Shown piece by piece: positions 29,030-38,000 of a DNA stretch of 44,384 nt. Under the pieces are notes generated by a model, which was not told the DNA's origin, did no database searches, and saw only the letters and a program-made list of their open reading frames with translations. The DNA comes from a virus, in the IMG/VR virus record IMGVR_UViG_3300045988_049142, positions 1 to 44,384 of that record. One strand, written 5' to 3'. Positions within the stretch are counted from its first letter, which is position 1. Every line of letters begins with the position of its first letter. Made by a program: the position numbers and the translations under genes.

Positions 29030-30862
29030 ATGGCGCTTTCAGGCAATTTTCCCGGGTCGACCGGAAACCAGTATATCCGGCCAGACATCTACTGGTCGGC
29101 GGCGCAGTCGCAGGACGGCAACTACAGCGACGTAACTGCGACGCTCTACTACAGCCGTACAAACAGCGGCTACACGACGAGCGGTACATGGTCGGGTGGT
29201 ATTACGATCGACGGCCAGCGCACGGCGGCAAGCCGCCATGTAGAGATCTCGCTCAACTCCTACACGATGGCGGTATCCGCGACGGTGCGGGTGTACCACA
29301 ATGCGGACGGCAGTCGGGACGTGACGATTTCGGCAGATGGACGGATCAGCGGCACGACGCTCTCATCGACCTCGATCTCGGCGACGGTGACGCTCGATAC
29401 GATACCGCGCGCCAGCGTGCCGACGCTCAACAAGAGTTCCATCGCCATGGGCGAGGAGATCATCATCTACACCAACAGCAAAAAGACCGGATTTGTCCAC
29501 ACGGTGCGCTATGCGTTCGCGGGAGACGGCTATGCGGGAGACTTCGACGGGGAGACGGCGTACAACTGGTTCGCGCTGACCCCGCGCAAGGCGCTTGCAA
29601 GCAGGATCCCAAACGCCGCAAGCGGGACGTGTACGGTTTACCTCAAGACATGGAGCGACGGCAGTCTGACGGAGCAGATCGGCGACGAGCAGAGCGTAAG
29701 CTTCACGCTGCGCGTTCCGGCGGATGCGGCGCCCACGGTGGCCTCCGGCTGGGCATCGGCGGCGGCAGACAACAGCGGCGGCAAGGCTGCAAGCCTTAAG
29801 GGGTTTATCAGCGGATTTTCCAAGGCGCAGATCACGTTTGCGGCGGGTAAGATCTCAACCAAATACGGTGCAAGCATCGCGGGGTACACGATTACTTGCG
29901 GCGGCGTGAGCGCGGAGAGTGCGCCGTATAAGACGGGGGTGCTGTTTGGGAAAAGCGCACAGATCATCTGCCGCGTGACGGATTCGCGCGGGATGTGTGC
30001 CGAGCAAACGCTGACGGTCAACCTCTACTCCTACGCCGCTCCGACGCTGACGGGCGTACAGATCTACCGATCGGATGACGCGATGCTCCCGGCGGACACG
30101 GGGCTGCACATTGCGGGCGTGGCCACGGTCAAGCACTCCGACTGCGGCGGGGAGAACACCTACACGCTCAAAGGCTATTGGAGAGCCGTGGGCGGTTCGT
30201 GGAGCGCTGGCCTTGCGATGACAAGCGGCAAGGCGGCGCTCGTCACCGGTAGTGTGGACATCCTTACGACGGCCAGCTATGAAGGCAAAATCGAGGTAGT
30301 CGACAAACTCGGCAACGTCGCCAGCGTAACGGCGGTTATCCCGACGCAGGCTGTTACGATGCATTTGCGCGAGGGCGGCGACGGAGTGGCCTTTGGCAAG
30401 TACAGCGAGAAGGCCGGGCTTGAGTGCGCGTGGGACGCGGAATTTCATGGAGAGGTGCAGGCGGCGTCGCTGCGTGTGGGCGGACGGACGCTGCTCGACT
30501 GGACCTATCCGGTAGGAAGCATCTATCAGTCCACAAAATCGACCGATCCGGCTGATTTGTTCGGTGGAACATGGGAAGCCATTAATAACGTGTTTCTGCT
30601 GGCGGCTGGCACAATCTATCGCCCCGGTACGATCGGCGGTGAATCCGAGGTAACGCTGACAGCTGACGAAATCCCTGAGATCAAAATGAGCTATCAGTAC
30701 ACAGGCCAGAGCACTGTAATTGGCACGGACGCAATCCGGCTATATGACGGCGATGGAAAAATCAACCAATATACGGGGCCGCAGAGCAGCAACTGCGGGG
30801 GCAAGGCACACAACAACATGCCGCCGTATTTGGCTGTGTACACGTGGAAGCGCACAGCATGA
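29030..30862 (+). CDS. Tail fibre / receptor-binding protein with tail-collar-type C-terminal domain
   Basis: 610 aa. The C-terminus YPVGSIYQS...LFGGTWE...GGESEVTLT..EIP...NNMPPYLAVYTWKRTA matches the phage tail-collar/fibre-tip signature. Confidence 0.75.
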   Translation: MALSGNFPGSTGNQYIRPDIYWSAAQSQDGNYSDVTATLYYSRTNSGYTTSGTWSGGITIDGQRTAASRHVEISLNSYTMAVSATVRVYHNADGSRDVTISADGRISGTTLSSTSISATVTLDTIPRASVPTLNKSSIAMGEEIIIYTNSKKTGFVHTVRYAFAGDGYAGDFDGETAYNWFALTPRKALASRIPNAASGTCTVYLKTWSDGSLTEQIGDEQSVSFTLRVPADAAPTVASGWASAAADNSGGKAASLKGFISGFSKAQITFAAGKISTKYGASIAGYTITCGGVSAESAPYKTGVLFGKSAQIICRVTDSRGMCAEQTLTVNLYSYAAPTLTGVQIYRSDDAMLPADTGLHIAGVATVKHSDCGGENTYTLKGYWRAVGGSWSAGLAMTSGKAALVTGSVDILTTASYEGKIEVVDKLGNVASVTAVIPTQAVTMHLREGGDGVAFGKYSEKAGLECAWDAEFHGEVQAASLRVGGRTLLDWTYPVGSIYQSTKSTDPADLFGGTWEAINNVFLLAAGTIYRPGTIGGESEVTLTADEIPEIKMSYQYTGQSTVIGTDAIRLYDGDGKINQYTGPQSSNCGGKAHNNMPPYLAVYTWKRTA

Positions 30863-30874
30863 GGAGGGAACAAT

Positions 30875-32107
30875 ATGCCTGATATCAACATTACAGTGGC
30901 GCACAAGGTCGCGGTAAGTGATACGACAACCATCGTATGCGACAACAGCGATTACACGGTGCATTGGACGCTGGACGATGAATGGAGCGCCTACGACACC
31001 AAAACCATGCGCACGATCTACATAAACGGTACGTTCACGGATAGGGTGTTTAGCGGCAACACGATCACGCTGCCCGTTTGCACCGTGCCGGGCGCGGTGC
31101 AGATCGGCCTGTTTGCGGGCGACATCCGCACGTCGCGCGTGGCAATCCTGCGCGCCCTGCCGTCCGTGCGGTCTGCGGCTGGCGCTCCTGCCGACCCCAC
31201 GCCCGATGTGTACGACCAGCTGATGGAGATTATCAAGGGACTGGGTGGCGTAGACCCGGATGACATCGCCAAGGCGGTTGCCGATTATCTGGCAGCGCAC
31301 CCCATCGAAGAAACCGACCCGACCGTCCCGGAGTGGGCAAAGGCTGAGACCAAACCCACATACTCCGCCGCAGAGGTCGGAGCCATCGCACAGTCAGATC
31401 TGCAAGTCGCAACGAACGCAGCGCTTGCGCTGGCCAAATCTTCCGGCGAGTTTGATGGCCCGGCTGGCCCGCAAGGCCCTGCCGGTGCGCCGGGCAAGGA
31501 CGGCGCAGGGATGGACGTCACCGGCGCGACGGTCGGCCAGATTGCCAAGATTGCCGCCGTGGACGCATCCGGCGTGCCCACCGCGTGGAGTCCGGTGGAT
31601 ATGCCGGGGGGCGGAGGCGATGAGTGGGTAAAAGTTGTAGAAGCAACTCTAACAGAGGTCGCCAACGAAATAAGACTTAACTTTGCCCCTTGCAAGGCGA
31701 TCTATATTGAATTCCAGTATGGAGCAGTAGAAAACGATCTGGGCCTTATTGGGATTTATCCCAATCCGAAAACGCCAATCTACACGGGAGAGGATAGAGC
31801 TGCCGCTATTACGCAGAAAACATCAGATACAAATAAGCGGGGCTATATTTTTTGCGCGATCGACCGCCAAAAAGGAACGCCGTGGATGGCAACATCACAG
31901 ATTTTCCACCGCGGCGACGGCACATTTGGAAGCATTGAACCCGGCGACCTGATGAATTGCGAGATCAGATGTTTCAACGATAACACGTGGGCCAGCCTTA
32001 TAAATCCAATGTACTTGACGAGTACTGACTATATCAATGCTGTAAGTGCTTTTGGGGCCGGCATGAATATTGGAACAACACTGACAGTTTGGGGGGTCAA
32101 GGCATGA
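30875..32107 (+). CDS. Tail fibre protein with short collagen-like repeat
   Basis: 410 aa, GPAGPQGPAGAPGKDGAG Gly-X-Y triplets, RBS GAGGAGGG. Confidence 0.7.
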   Translation: MPDINITVAHKVAVSDTTTIVCDNSDYTVHWTLDDEWSAYDTKTMRTIYINGTFTDRVFSGNTITLPVCTVPGAVQIGLFAGDIRTSRVAILRALPSVRSAAGAPADPTPDVYDQLMEIIKGLGGVDPDDIAKAVADYLAAHPIEETDPTVPEWAKAETKPTYSAAEVGAIAQSDLQVATNAALALAKSSGEFDGPAGPQGPAGAPGKDGAGMDVTGATVGQIAKIAAVDASGVPTAWSPVDMPGGGGDEWVKVVEATLTEVANEIRLNFAPCKAIYIEFQYGAVENDLGLIGIYPNPKTPIYTGEDRAAAITQKTSDTNKRGYIFCAIDRQKGTPWMATSQIFHRGDGTFGSIEPGDLMNCEIRCFNDNTWASLINPMYLTSTDYINAVSAFGAGMNIGTTLTVWGVKA

Positions 32108-32628
32108 AAAAATACGTGAACGGTGAATACATTGACATGACTGCCGAAGAAATCGCGGCCATGCAGGAAGCATCTGCGAAAGCCGAAGCCGAAGAAAAGC
32201 GCCGCCCGCTGTCTCTGGGCGAGGTGCAGGAGATGATGGTGCGGGCGCAAATCAACACGCTGGCCGTGGACGACGCGACCGCGCTGCGCATGGTGGCGTA
32301 CTACCCCGAGTGGACGGCTGGCACGGCCTACGCAGTCGGCGACAGGCTGGTGTACAACGGCGGCCTGTACAAGGTGCTGCAAGCGCACACATCGCAAGAG
32401 ACGTGGTTGCCCGGAACCGGCACGGAGAGCCTGTACACCCGCATCGACGAGCAGCACGACGGGACAAAGTACGACCCCATCCCGTACAGCGGCAACATGG
32501 CGCTGGAGGCGGGCAAATACTACAGCCAGGGCGGCAAGACGTACCTGTGCAACCGCGACACGGGCAACCCCGTGTATAACGCGTTGGCTGATCTGGTGGG
32601 ACTGTACGTCATCGAGACGGAGGTATAG
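32104..32628 (+). CDS. Tail-fibre-associated protein with carbohydrate-binding (CBM5/12-like) motif
   Basis: ATGA overlap at 32104. AYAVGDRLVYNGGLYKVLQAHTSQETWLPG resembles chitin-binding-type modules. Confidence 0.55.
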   Translation: MKKYVNGEYIDMTAEEIAAMQEASAKAEAEEKRRPLSLGEVQEMMVRAQINTLAVDDATALRMVAYYPEWTAGTAYAVGDRLVYNGGLYKVLQAHTSQETWLPGTGTESLYTRIDEQHDGTKYDPIPYSGNMALEAGKYYSQGGKTYLCNRDTGNPVYNALADLVGLYVIETEV

Positions 32629-32689
32629 TCACACATCCAACGCCCTGACGGACTTAATTTATACGCGCAATGCGCAGAGAGGAGAAATT

Positions 32690-32908
32690 ATGACAGAGTC
32701 CATCATCGCAGCACTGATAACCGGCGCGTTAAGCCTGTTTGGCGTGCTGGCCAGCAACCGCAAGACACAGGCGGTAACGGAAACCAAGATCGACGAGCTG
32801 ACGCGCGAGGTGCGCGAGCACAACAATTTTGCGCGTCGCATGCCGGTCGTGGAGGAGCAGATCAAGGTGATTAACCACCGTATCGCAGATCTTGAGGAGA
32901 AACAGTAA
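32690..32908 (+). CDS. XhlA/holin-like lysis protein (N-terminal TM plus coiled coil)
   Basis: 72 aa, TM segment IIAALITGALSLFGVLA, RBS GAGAGGAG. First gene of the lysis cassette. Confidence 0.6.
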   Translation: MTESIIAALITGALSLFGVLASNRKTQAVTETKIDELTREVREHNNFARRMPVVEEQIKVINHRIADLEEKQ

Positions 32909-32949
32909 TTTTATGGTGCCCGATTAGGGCACAGGAAGGAGAAAAAAAT

Positions 32950-33225
32950 ATGGAAAACATCGGTATCGCAAGCGTGGCGGCCATTACGGTCATCGCCTAC
33001 ATCATCGGCGCGCTGGTCAAGATTTGGCCCGCCATCCCGGACAAGGCTATCCCCGTCATCTGCGGGCTGGTCGGCGCGGGGCTGGGTCTGCTCAGCCTGT
33101 ACTGTGCGCCCATCCCGGATTTCCCCGCGACGGATCCGATCACGGCCGCTGCTGTGGGCGTTGTGTCTGGTCTGGCGGCTACGGGTATTAATCAGGCGGT
33201 TAAGCAGCTGGCCAAGGAGGAATAA
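32950..33225 (+). CDS. Holin (phi LC3-type)
   Basis: 91 aa with three hydrophobic segments. ..DKAIPVICGLVG...VVSGLAATGINQAVKQL signature. Directly precedes the endolysin. Confidence 0.75.
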   Translation: MENIGIASVAAITVIAYIIGALVKIWPAIPDKAIPVICGLVGAGLGLLSLYCAPIPDFPATDPITAAAVGVVSGLAATGINQAVKQLAKEE

Positions 33226-33226
33226 G

Positions 33227-33934
33227 ATGAACATCGTCGAAAAAACCTACAAATGGGCAAAGCCGCTCAGCAAGCGGGGCACGACGGATCTGCTGATCCT
33301 GCACCACTCCGGCACGACCACCTGCACGCCGGACGGCGTACACAATTCGCACGTCGGCAACGGCTGGGCGGGCATTGGCTACCATTATCTGGTGCGCAAG
33401 GACGGCACGATCTATCGCGGACGCCCCGAAGATACCGTAGGCGCGCATGCATATGGTGCGAACAGCCACAGTATCGGCGTGTGCTTCGAGGGCAACTATC
33501 AGGTAGAGCCGACCATGCCCGCTGCCCAGCTTGCCGCAGGACAGGCTTTGGTGGCCGACATCAAGCGGCGCTGGGGCATCACCAAGGTGATCGGCCATAA
33601 GGACGTCGCAGGATCTACCACGGACTGCCCGGGCAAGTATTTCCCGCTCGCGGCCATTGTCTCCGGAACACCGGAGGTTCAGAACAAAAACACGACCGAG
33701 GAGGACATTATCATGGTAGCAACTCAGATGATCGGCAACGGCGACCGTGGCAACGCGGTGCGCAGCATGCAGGGTGCGCTCATCGCGCAGGGCTATAAGT
33801 GCGGCAGCTACGGCGCGGACGGTATCTGCGGCGCGGCGACCGTCGCGGCAATCAAGGCTTGCCAGCACGCAAACGGCCTGACGGCGGACGGCATCTGCGG
33901 TAAGGATACTTGGGGAGCGCTGCTCAAGAAGTAA
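33227..33934 (+). CDS. Endolysin: N-acetylmuramoyl-L-alanine amidase (Amidase_2/PGRP) plus peptidoglycan-binding domain
   Basis: ATG 33227 (RBS AAGGAGG). LILHHSG, GIGYHYLV, GHKDV..TDCPG. C-terminal PG_binding_1-like repeat (GNAVRSMQGAL...GLTADGICGKDTW). Confidence 0.9.
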   Translation: MNIVEKTYKWAKPLSKRGTTDLLILHHSGTTTCTPDGVHNSHVGNGWAGIGYHYLVRKDGTIYRGRPEDTVGAHAYGANSHSIGVCFEGNYQVEPTMPAAQLAAGQALVADIKRRWGITKVIGHKDVAGSTTDCPGKYFPLAAIVSGTPEVQNKNTTEEDIIMVATQMIGNGDRGNAVRSMQGALIAQGYKCGSYGADGICGAATVAAIKACQHANGLTADGICGKDTWGALLKK

Positions 33935-33964
33935 TCCGGAGAACCGGAAAGGAGGGAGACACGG

Positions 33965-34993
33965 GTGGCGTTTAGCTACAAAGACTATGAGGAAAGCGAG
34001 CGCGTCAGGGATCTGTACAATCAGCTCCAGCAGACGGACGCACGGAAGCCGGGAGACTGGAGCGGCGGCACATATGGACAGCAAATGCAGGACGCTCTCA
34101 GCAAGCTGCAGAACCGTGAAAAATTTAAGTACGATCTGAACGGAGACGCGCTTTACCAGCAGTACAAAGATCGGTATGTCCAGCAGGGCAAACAGGCCAT
34201 GCAGGATACGATGGGTCAAGCGGCGGCTCTTACGGGCGGCTATGGATCAACATACAGCCAGAGCGCAGGACAGCAGCAGTATAACGCATATCTGCAGAGC
34301 CTGAACGACGTAGTGCCTGAGCTGTACCAAATGGCGCTGGAACGTTATAACGCAGAAGGCGACGATCTCAAGACGCAGTACTCCCTCCTCGCGGATCGTT
34401 ACTCGCAGGAGTACGGCGAGTACCGCGACAAGGCCAGCGACTGGCAGAACCAGCGCGATTACGCCGCAAACCGGTACGACGCAGAGCGCCAGCTCGACTA
34501 TAGCCGATATGGCGACGCGAAGAGCTACGCCTATCAGGACTACAGAGATCGGATCTCGGACGAACAGTGGCAGAAGCAGTACGACGAGAACGTCCGCCAG
34601 TTCAACCAGCAGATGGCAATGGAGCAGGCTCAGCTTGCGGCTCAGAAGGCGGCGGCAAGCAGTTCGAGCCGCAGTGGTTCGTCCAGCTCTCGCAGATCCA
34701 GCAAGAGCTACGACACCCACGGGTACTCGTCCGATCAGATCAAGCAGATCCAGATGGCGGCTGGTCTCACGCAGGACGGCATTTGGGGCGCTCAGACTCA
34801 GGCGGCATATGAGAGCGGCTATAGGCCGATCAACGAGTATACCATCACAAATCGATCCGGTAACGGATGGATCAAGCTTGAAGGCGGAAGCCGATACGGT
34901 GAAACTGAGCTGATTAAGATGCTCCAGAACGGAACTGCGACCGCAACGTGGGACAACAGCAAGAAGACGATCACGTTCCACAAGAAGAAGTAA
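33965..34993 (+). CDS. Tyr/Gln/Asp-rich protein with Ser-rich linker and PG-binding-like C-terminal part
   Basis: 342 aa, GTG start with RBS AAAGGAGGGAG. Linker SSSSRSGSSSSRRSS, then IKQIQMAAGLTQDGIWGAQTQAAY. Confidence 0.65.
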   Translation: MAFSYKDYEESERVRDLYNQLQQTDARKPGDWSGGTYGQQMQDALSKLQNREKFKYDLNGDALYQQYKDRYVQQGKQAMQDTMGQAAALTGGYGSTYSQSAGQQQYNAYLQSLNDVVPELYQMALERYNAEGDDLKTQYSLLADRYSQEYGEYRDKASDWQNQRDYAANRYDAERQLDYSRYGDAKSYAYQDYRDRISDEQWQKQYDENVRQFNQQMAMEQAQLAAQKAAASSSSRSGSSSSRRSSKSYDTHGYSSDQIKQIQMAAGLTQDGIWGAQTQAAYESGYRPINEYTITNRSGNGWIKLEGGSRYGETELIKMLQNGTATATWDNSKKTITFHKKK

Positions 34994-35013
34994 CGCAAGC
35001 GAGGGAGGCAACT

Positions 35014-38000
35014 ATGACCAATAACGATCTGGCGGTGGAGCTGCTGCAGCAGCGCAAGAAGAAGCGCGAAGATCCGCAGTCTGCAACGACGCAGACCAGC
35101 ACGCAGAATATGAGCGGACAGGCCGCTCTTGCGCAGGAGCTTTTGTCTCAGCGGATTCAGGCGCGGAAAGAGCGCGAAGCGACGCAGCCCACCGTCAGCC
35201 TTCCTTCGCAGAGGATTGACCCGGCGAAGGAACGGCAGGAAAGCAATGGCAAGTTCAACGGGTGGAAGTATTTCGGCAACCTCGGAAAGACGCTCCTGAC
35301 CGGCGTTGCAAGCCTTGCACAGACGGGAGCCATGGCCGAGGATGTTGTGACTTCTGCCGTGGATACGATCTTCAAGGGTGCGAACACAAAGGGAAGTGGC
35401 CTCTTCAATGCACTGTATCACGGCCGACCGGATTGGAAGTTCCTCGGCGAGAATGGCCTCGTCGGCATCGAGCAGGAGAAAGCCTATCTCGATCAGGAAC
35501 GAGAGGCTGAAGTCGCCAAAATCAAGGATGACACTTTTGGCGGCAAGGTCGCCAAAAAGGCTGCGTCGTATGGCGGCGATATTGCATACGGAGTCGGATA
35601 CGCGATCCCCATGGCGGCGACTGCGGGAGTTGCGGCGGCACCTATCGTCAACGGCGTAGCGACATCAACGGAGGCGCTTGCAAATCTTGGCGCGTCCGTC
35701 GTGGAAAGTTCCGGTGTGCTGAATGCTCTTGGGAAAGGGTTTCGCGACACGCTAAGATCCAAGGACTACTGGATGGCTTTTACATCCGAAGTCGGCGCAG
35801 ACTATCAGGAGGCGCTTTCCGACGGCGCGAGTACGGGCGAAGCCATGAACTATGCCATCGCCACCAGCCTCCTTAACTCTGTGATCGAGGTCGGCGGCGG
35901 TATCCAGAAGGTACCGGAGAACTTCAGCGTAAAAAATCTCCTGCGCAGCGCCGCAGAGGAAGGCATGGAGGAGATCTGGCAAGGCCCCGTCGGGCGCACG
36001 ATGCAGAACGTCGTTTACGGCGCAAACAACCCAATTGTGTCCACAACGGATGACCGCGCGATCTTTAACCCTGTGACGTCTGCACAGGAGTTTGCGGGCG
36101 GCTTTACGGTCGGCGGTATTCTGTCCGGCGCGCAGATGGCCGCTGGCAAGGCGGCGAACAGCATCTACAGCAAGCAGGTCGAGAAGCAGAGCCAGCGCTA
36201 TGAACAGGCACAGGCGCGCGTGAAAGAGCTGTCGGGGGTCAAGGGGACGTACCAGACCGGGGAGAACGGGAAGACCACTGTCGGCGGGAATGAATCGGCG
36301 ATCAAGTCCGTTGTGAAGGGCGGGCAAATCGAGATGGCAAACGGCGAGGTCGTGTCCCCCGACAAGGTAAAGTTCGCGGATCGGAACACCGCCGATCTCT
36401 ACGAGGGCGCAATTAGCCGCGCGGCGAACGCAGGAGCGGCAAATGTCTTTATCGACTCCTACACCGGAGGCGACGTGAGCCGCTATCTGCTGGGGATGCA
36501 GGAGGCCTACGAGGACGGGCGCGCCGGAGTCGTGACCGAGAAGCGCGGTACGTTTGCCGATGATCTGACGGACGCACAGCGCACGGCGGCGTGGAATCAG
36601 GGCGCGGCTGATGGGCTGCAGTCCTTCCGGTCGGACACCGGCCTCGGTGAGAACGGGAGCGACGCGTGGACGCAGGTACAGCAGAATCAGGCTGTAAAGA
36701 GCAATCCCCGTCTGCGCACGGGCTTTACAGCGATGTACCAGGCTGGCCTAAGCGGCAAGTCGCTGACTGACGTAAAGAGCGATGCGGCGCGTTACATCCC
36801 CCCTTCCGTACAGACGGCGGCGTATCAGGCCGGTCTTGCCGATGCGGCAAGTAACTTGGCGCGGGAAAAGGCTGGCGTGAAGTTGGTTACGAAGTCCAAC
36901 GAGGCCGGCCTTGTCGACAACGATTACAGCAAAAAGCTCGCAAACAACGATACAGGAACTGCACGTGTGCTGGGATCTCTCGCAAGCGACATGGGCGTTC
37001 GAATCGAGATCGTGCCGCAGGTGCAGGGCGGCGCGGCGAACGGCAAGTACGTCAAGGGTACGAATACCGTCCTGCTTGCGGCTGATGCGGAAAACCCGCT
37101 TTCCTTTGTCGCGGCGCATGAGGTAACGCACAGGATGCAGGATGCCGCGCCGACAGAGTACCGCGCATATCGCGATGCCGTGATGGAGTACCAGTCGAGC
37201 GAACTGGGCGATGACACTACCGCAAGCATGGTGGAGCGCTATCGCGAGGCAAGCCGAGAGGCTGGTGTTACGCTGACGCAGGAAGAGGCCATGGACGAGA
37301 TCGCGGCAGACTTTACCGCGAAGATGATTAACGACACGGATCTGTTCGGGCGGTTTGCCGACAAAAACCGCTCTGTGGCCGGCAAGTTGCTCGATGGGCT
37401 GAAGTCGTTTATTTCCCGCGTGAAGACCCTCTTCACCGGCAAGGCACGGGACAAGGCTGCGCAGAAAGCCTATGGCAAGAACTTCGCGGATCTGCAGAAG
37501 GTCGCAGACCTTTGGCAGACGGCGTATGACAAGGCGGCGGAGACGATCCGCGAATCGACGAATGCAGTAACTGCAAATGCTGATGAATCTGCGAAGCTGC
37601 AGATTCGCCGTAAGTATTGGAAGCCGCAACTTCGCAGTGACGAATGGGCATTGCTGAACCGAAAACTCGACGAGGAAATCGGGAGCAGTGAACAGTATCT
37701 TGACGAATCAACGAAATGGCTGTATGCTGATGAAAAAGGCGTACAGGTGTTCGCTCTGTACGGGATCGGCGACGGCACGGAAGCTACGCCGCTGTATGCG
37801 GTCGGTGGGAAGCAGGCTGATGCATGCAGTGTGGCCGTGGCTGAATATATTGAGAGGAGAGAAAAATATGACAGAAATGGAGGATCTGCTGATTCGTGGG
37901 TTGAGCTGCTTTGGAGTAAGAAAGGGAGCCGGAGCGGAAATCTTCCTCAGGCTCAAGGGCCAGCCGGAGACGCAGGAGCAGTTTATGGACTACATGGCGG

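Noticed and set aside
29030-32107. A diversity-generating retroelement acting on the fibre genes.
   Set aside because: No reverse transcriptase ORF is present, and no template/variable repeat pair was seen near the fibre C-termini.
37688-37867. The N-terminal 60 codons of track ORF 37688-38062 as part of the embedded gene.
   Set aside because: That stretch (MNSILTNQRNGCMLMKKAYRCSLCTGSATARKLRRC..) looks like out-of-frame sequence, whereas the giant frame reads as a genuine domain there. The RBS precedes the internal ATG at 37868.
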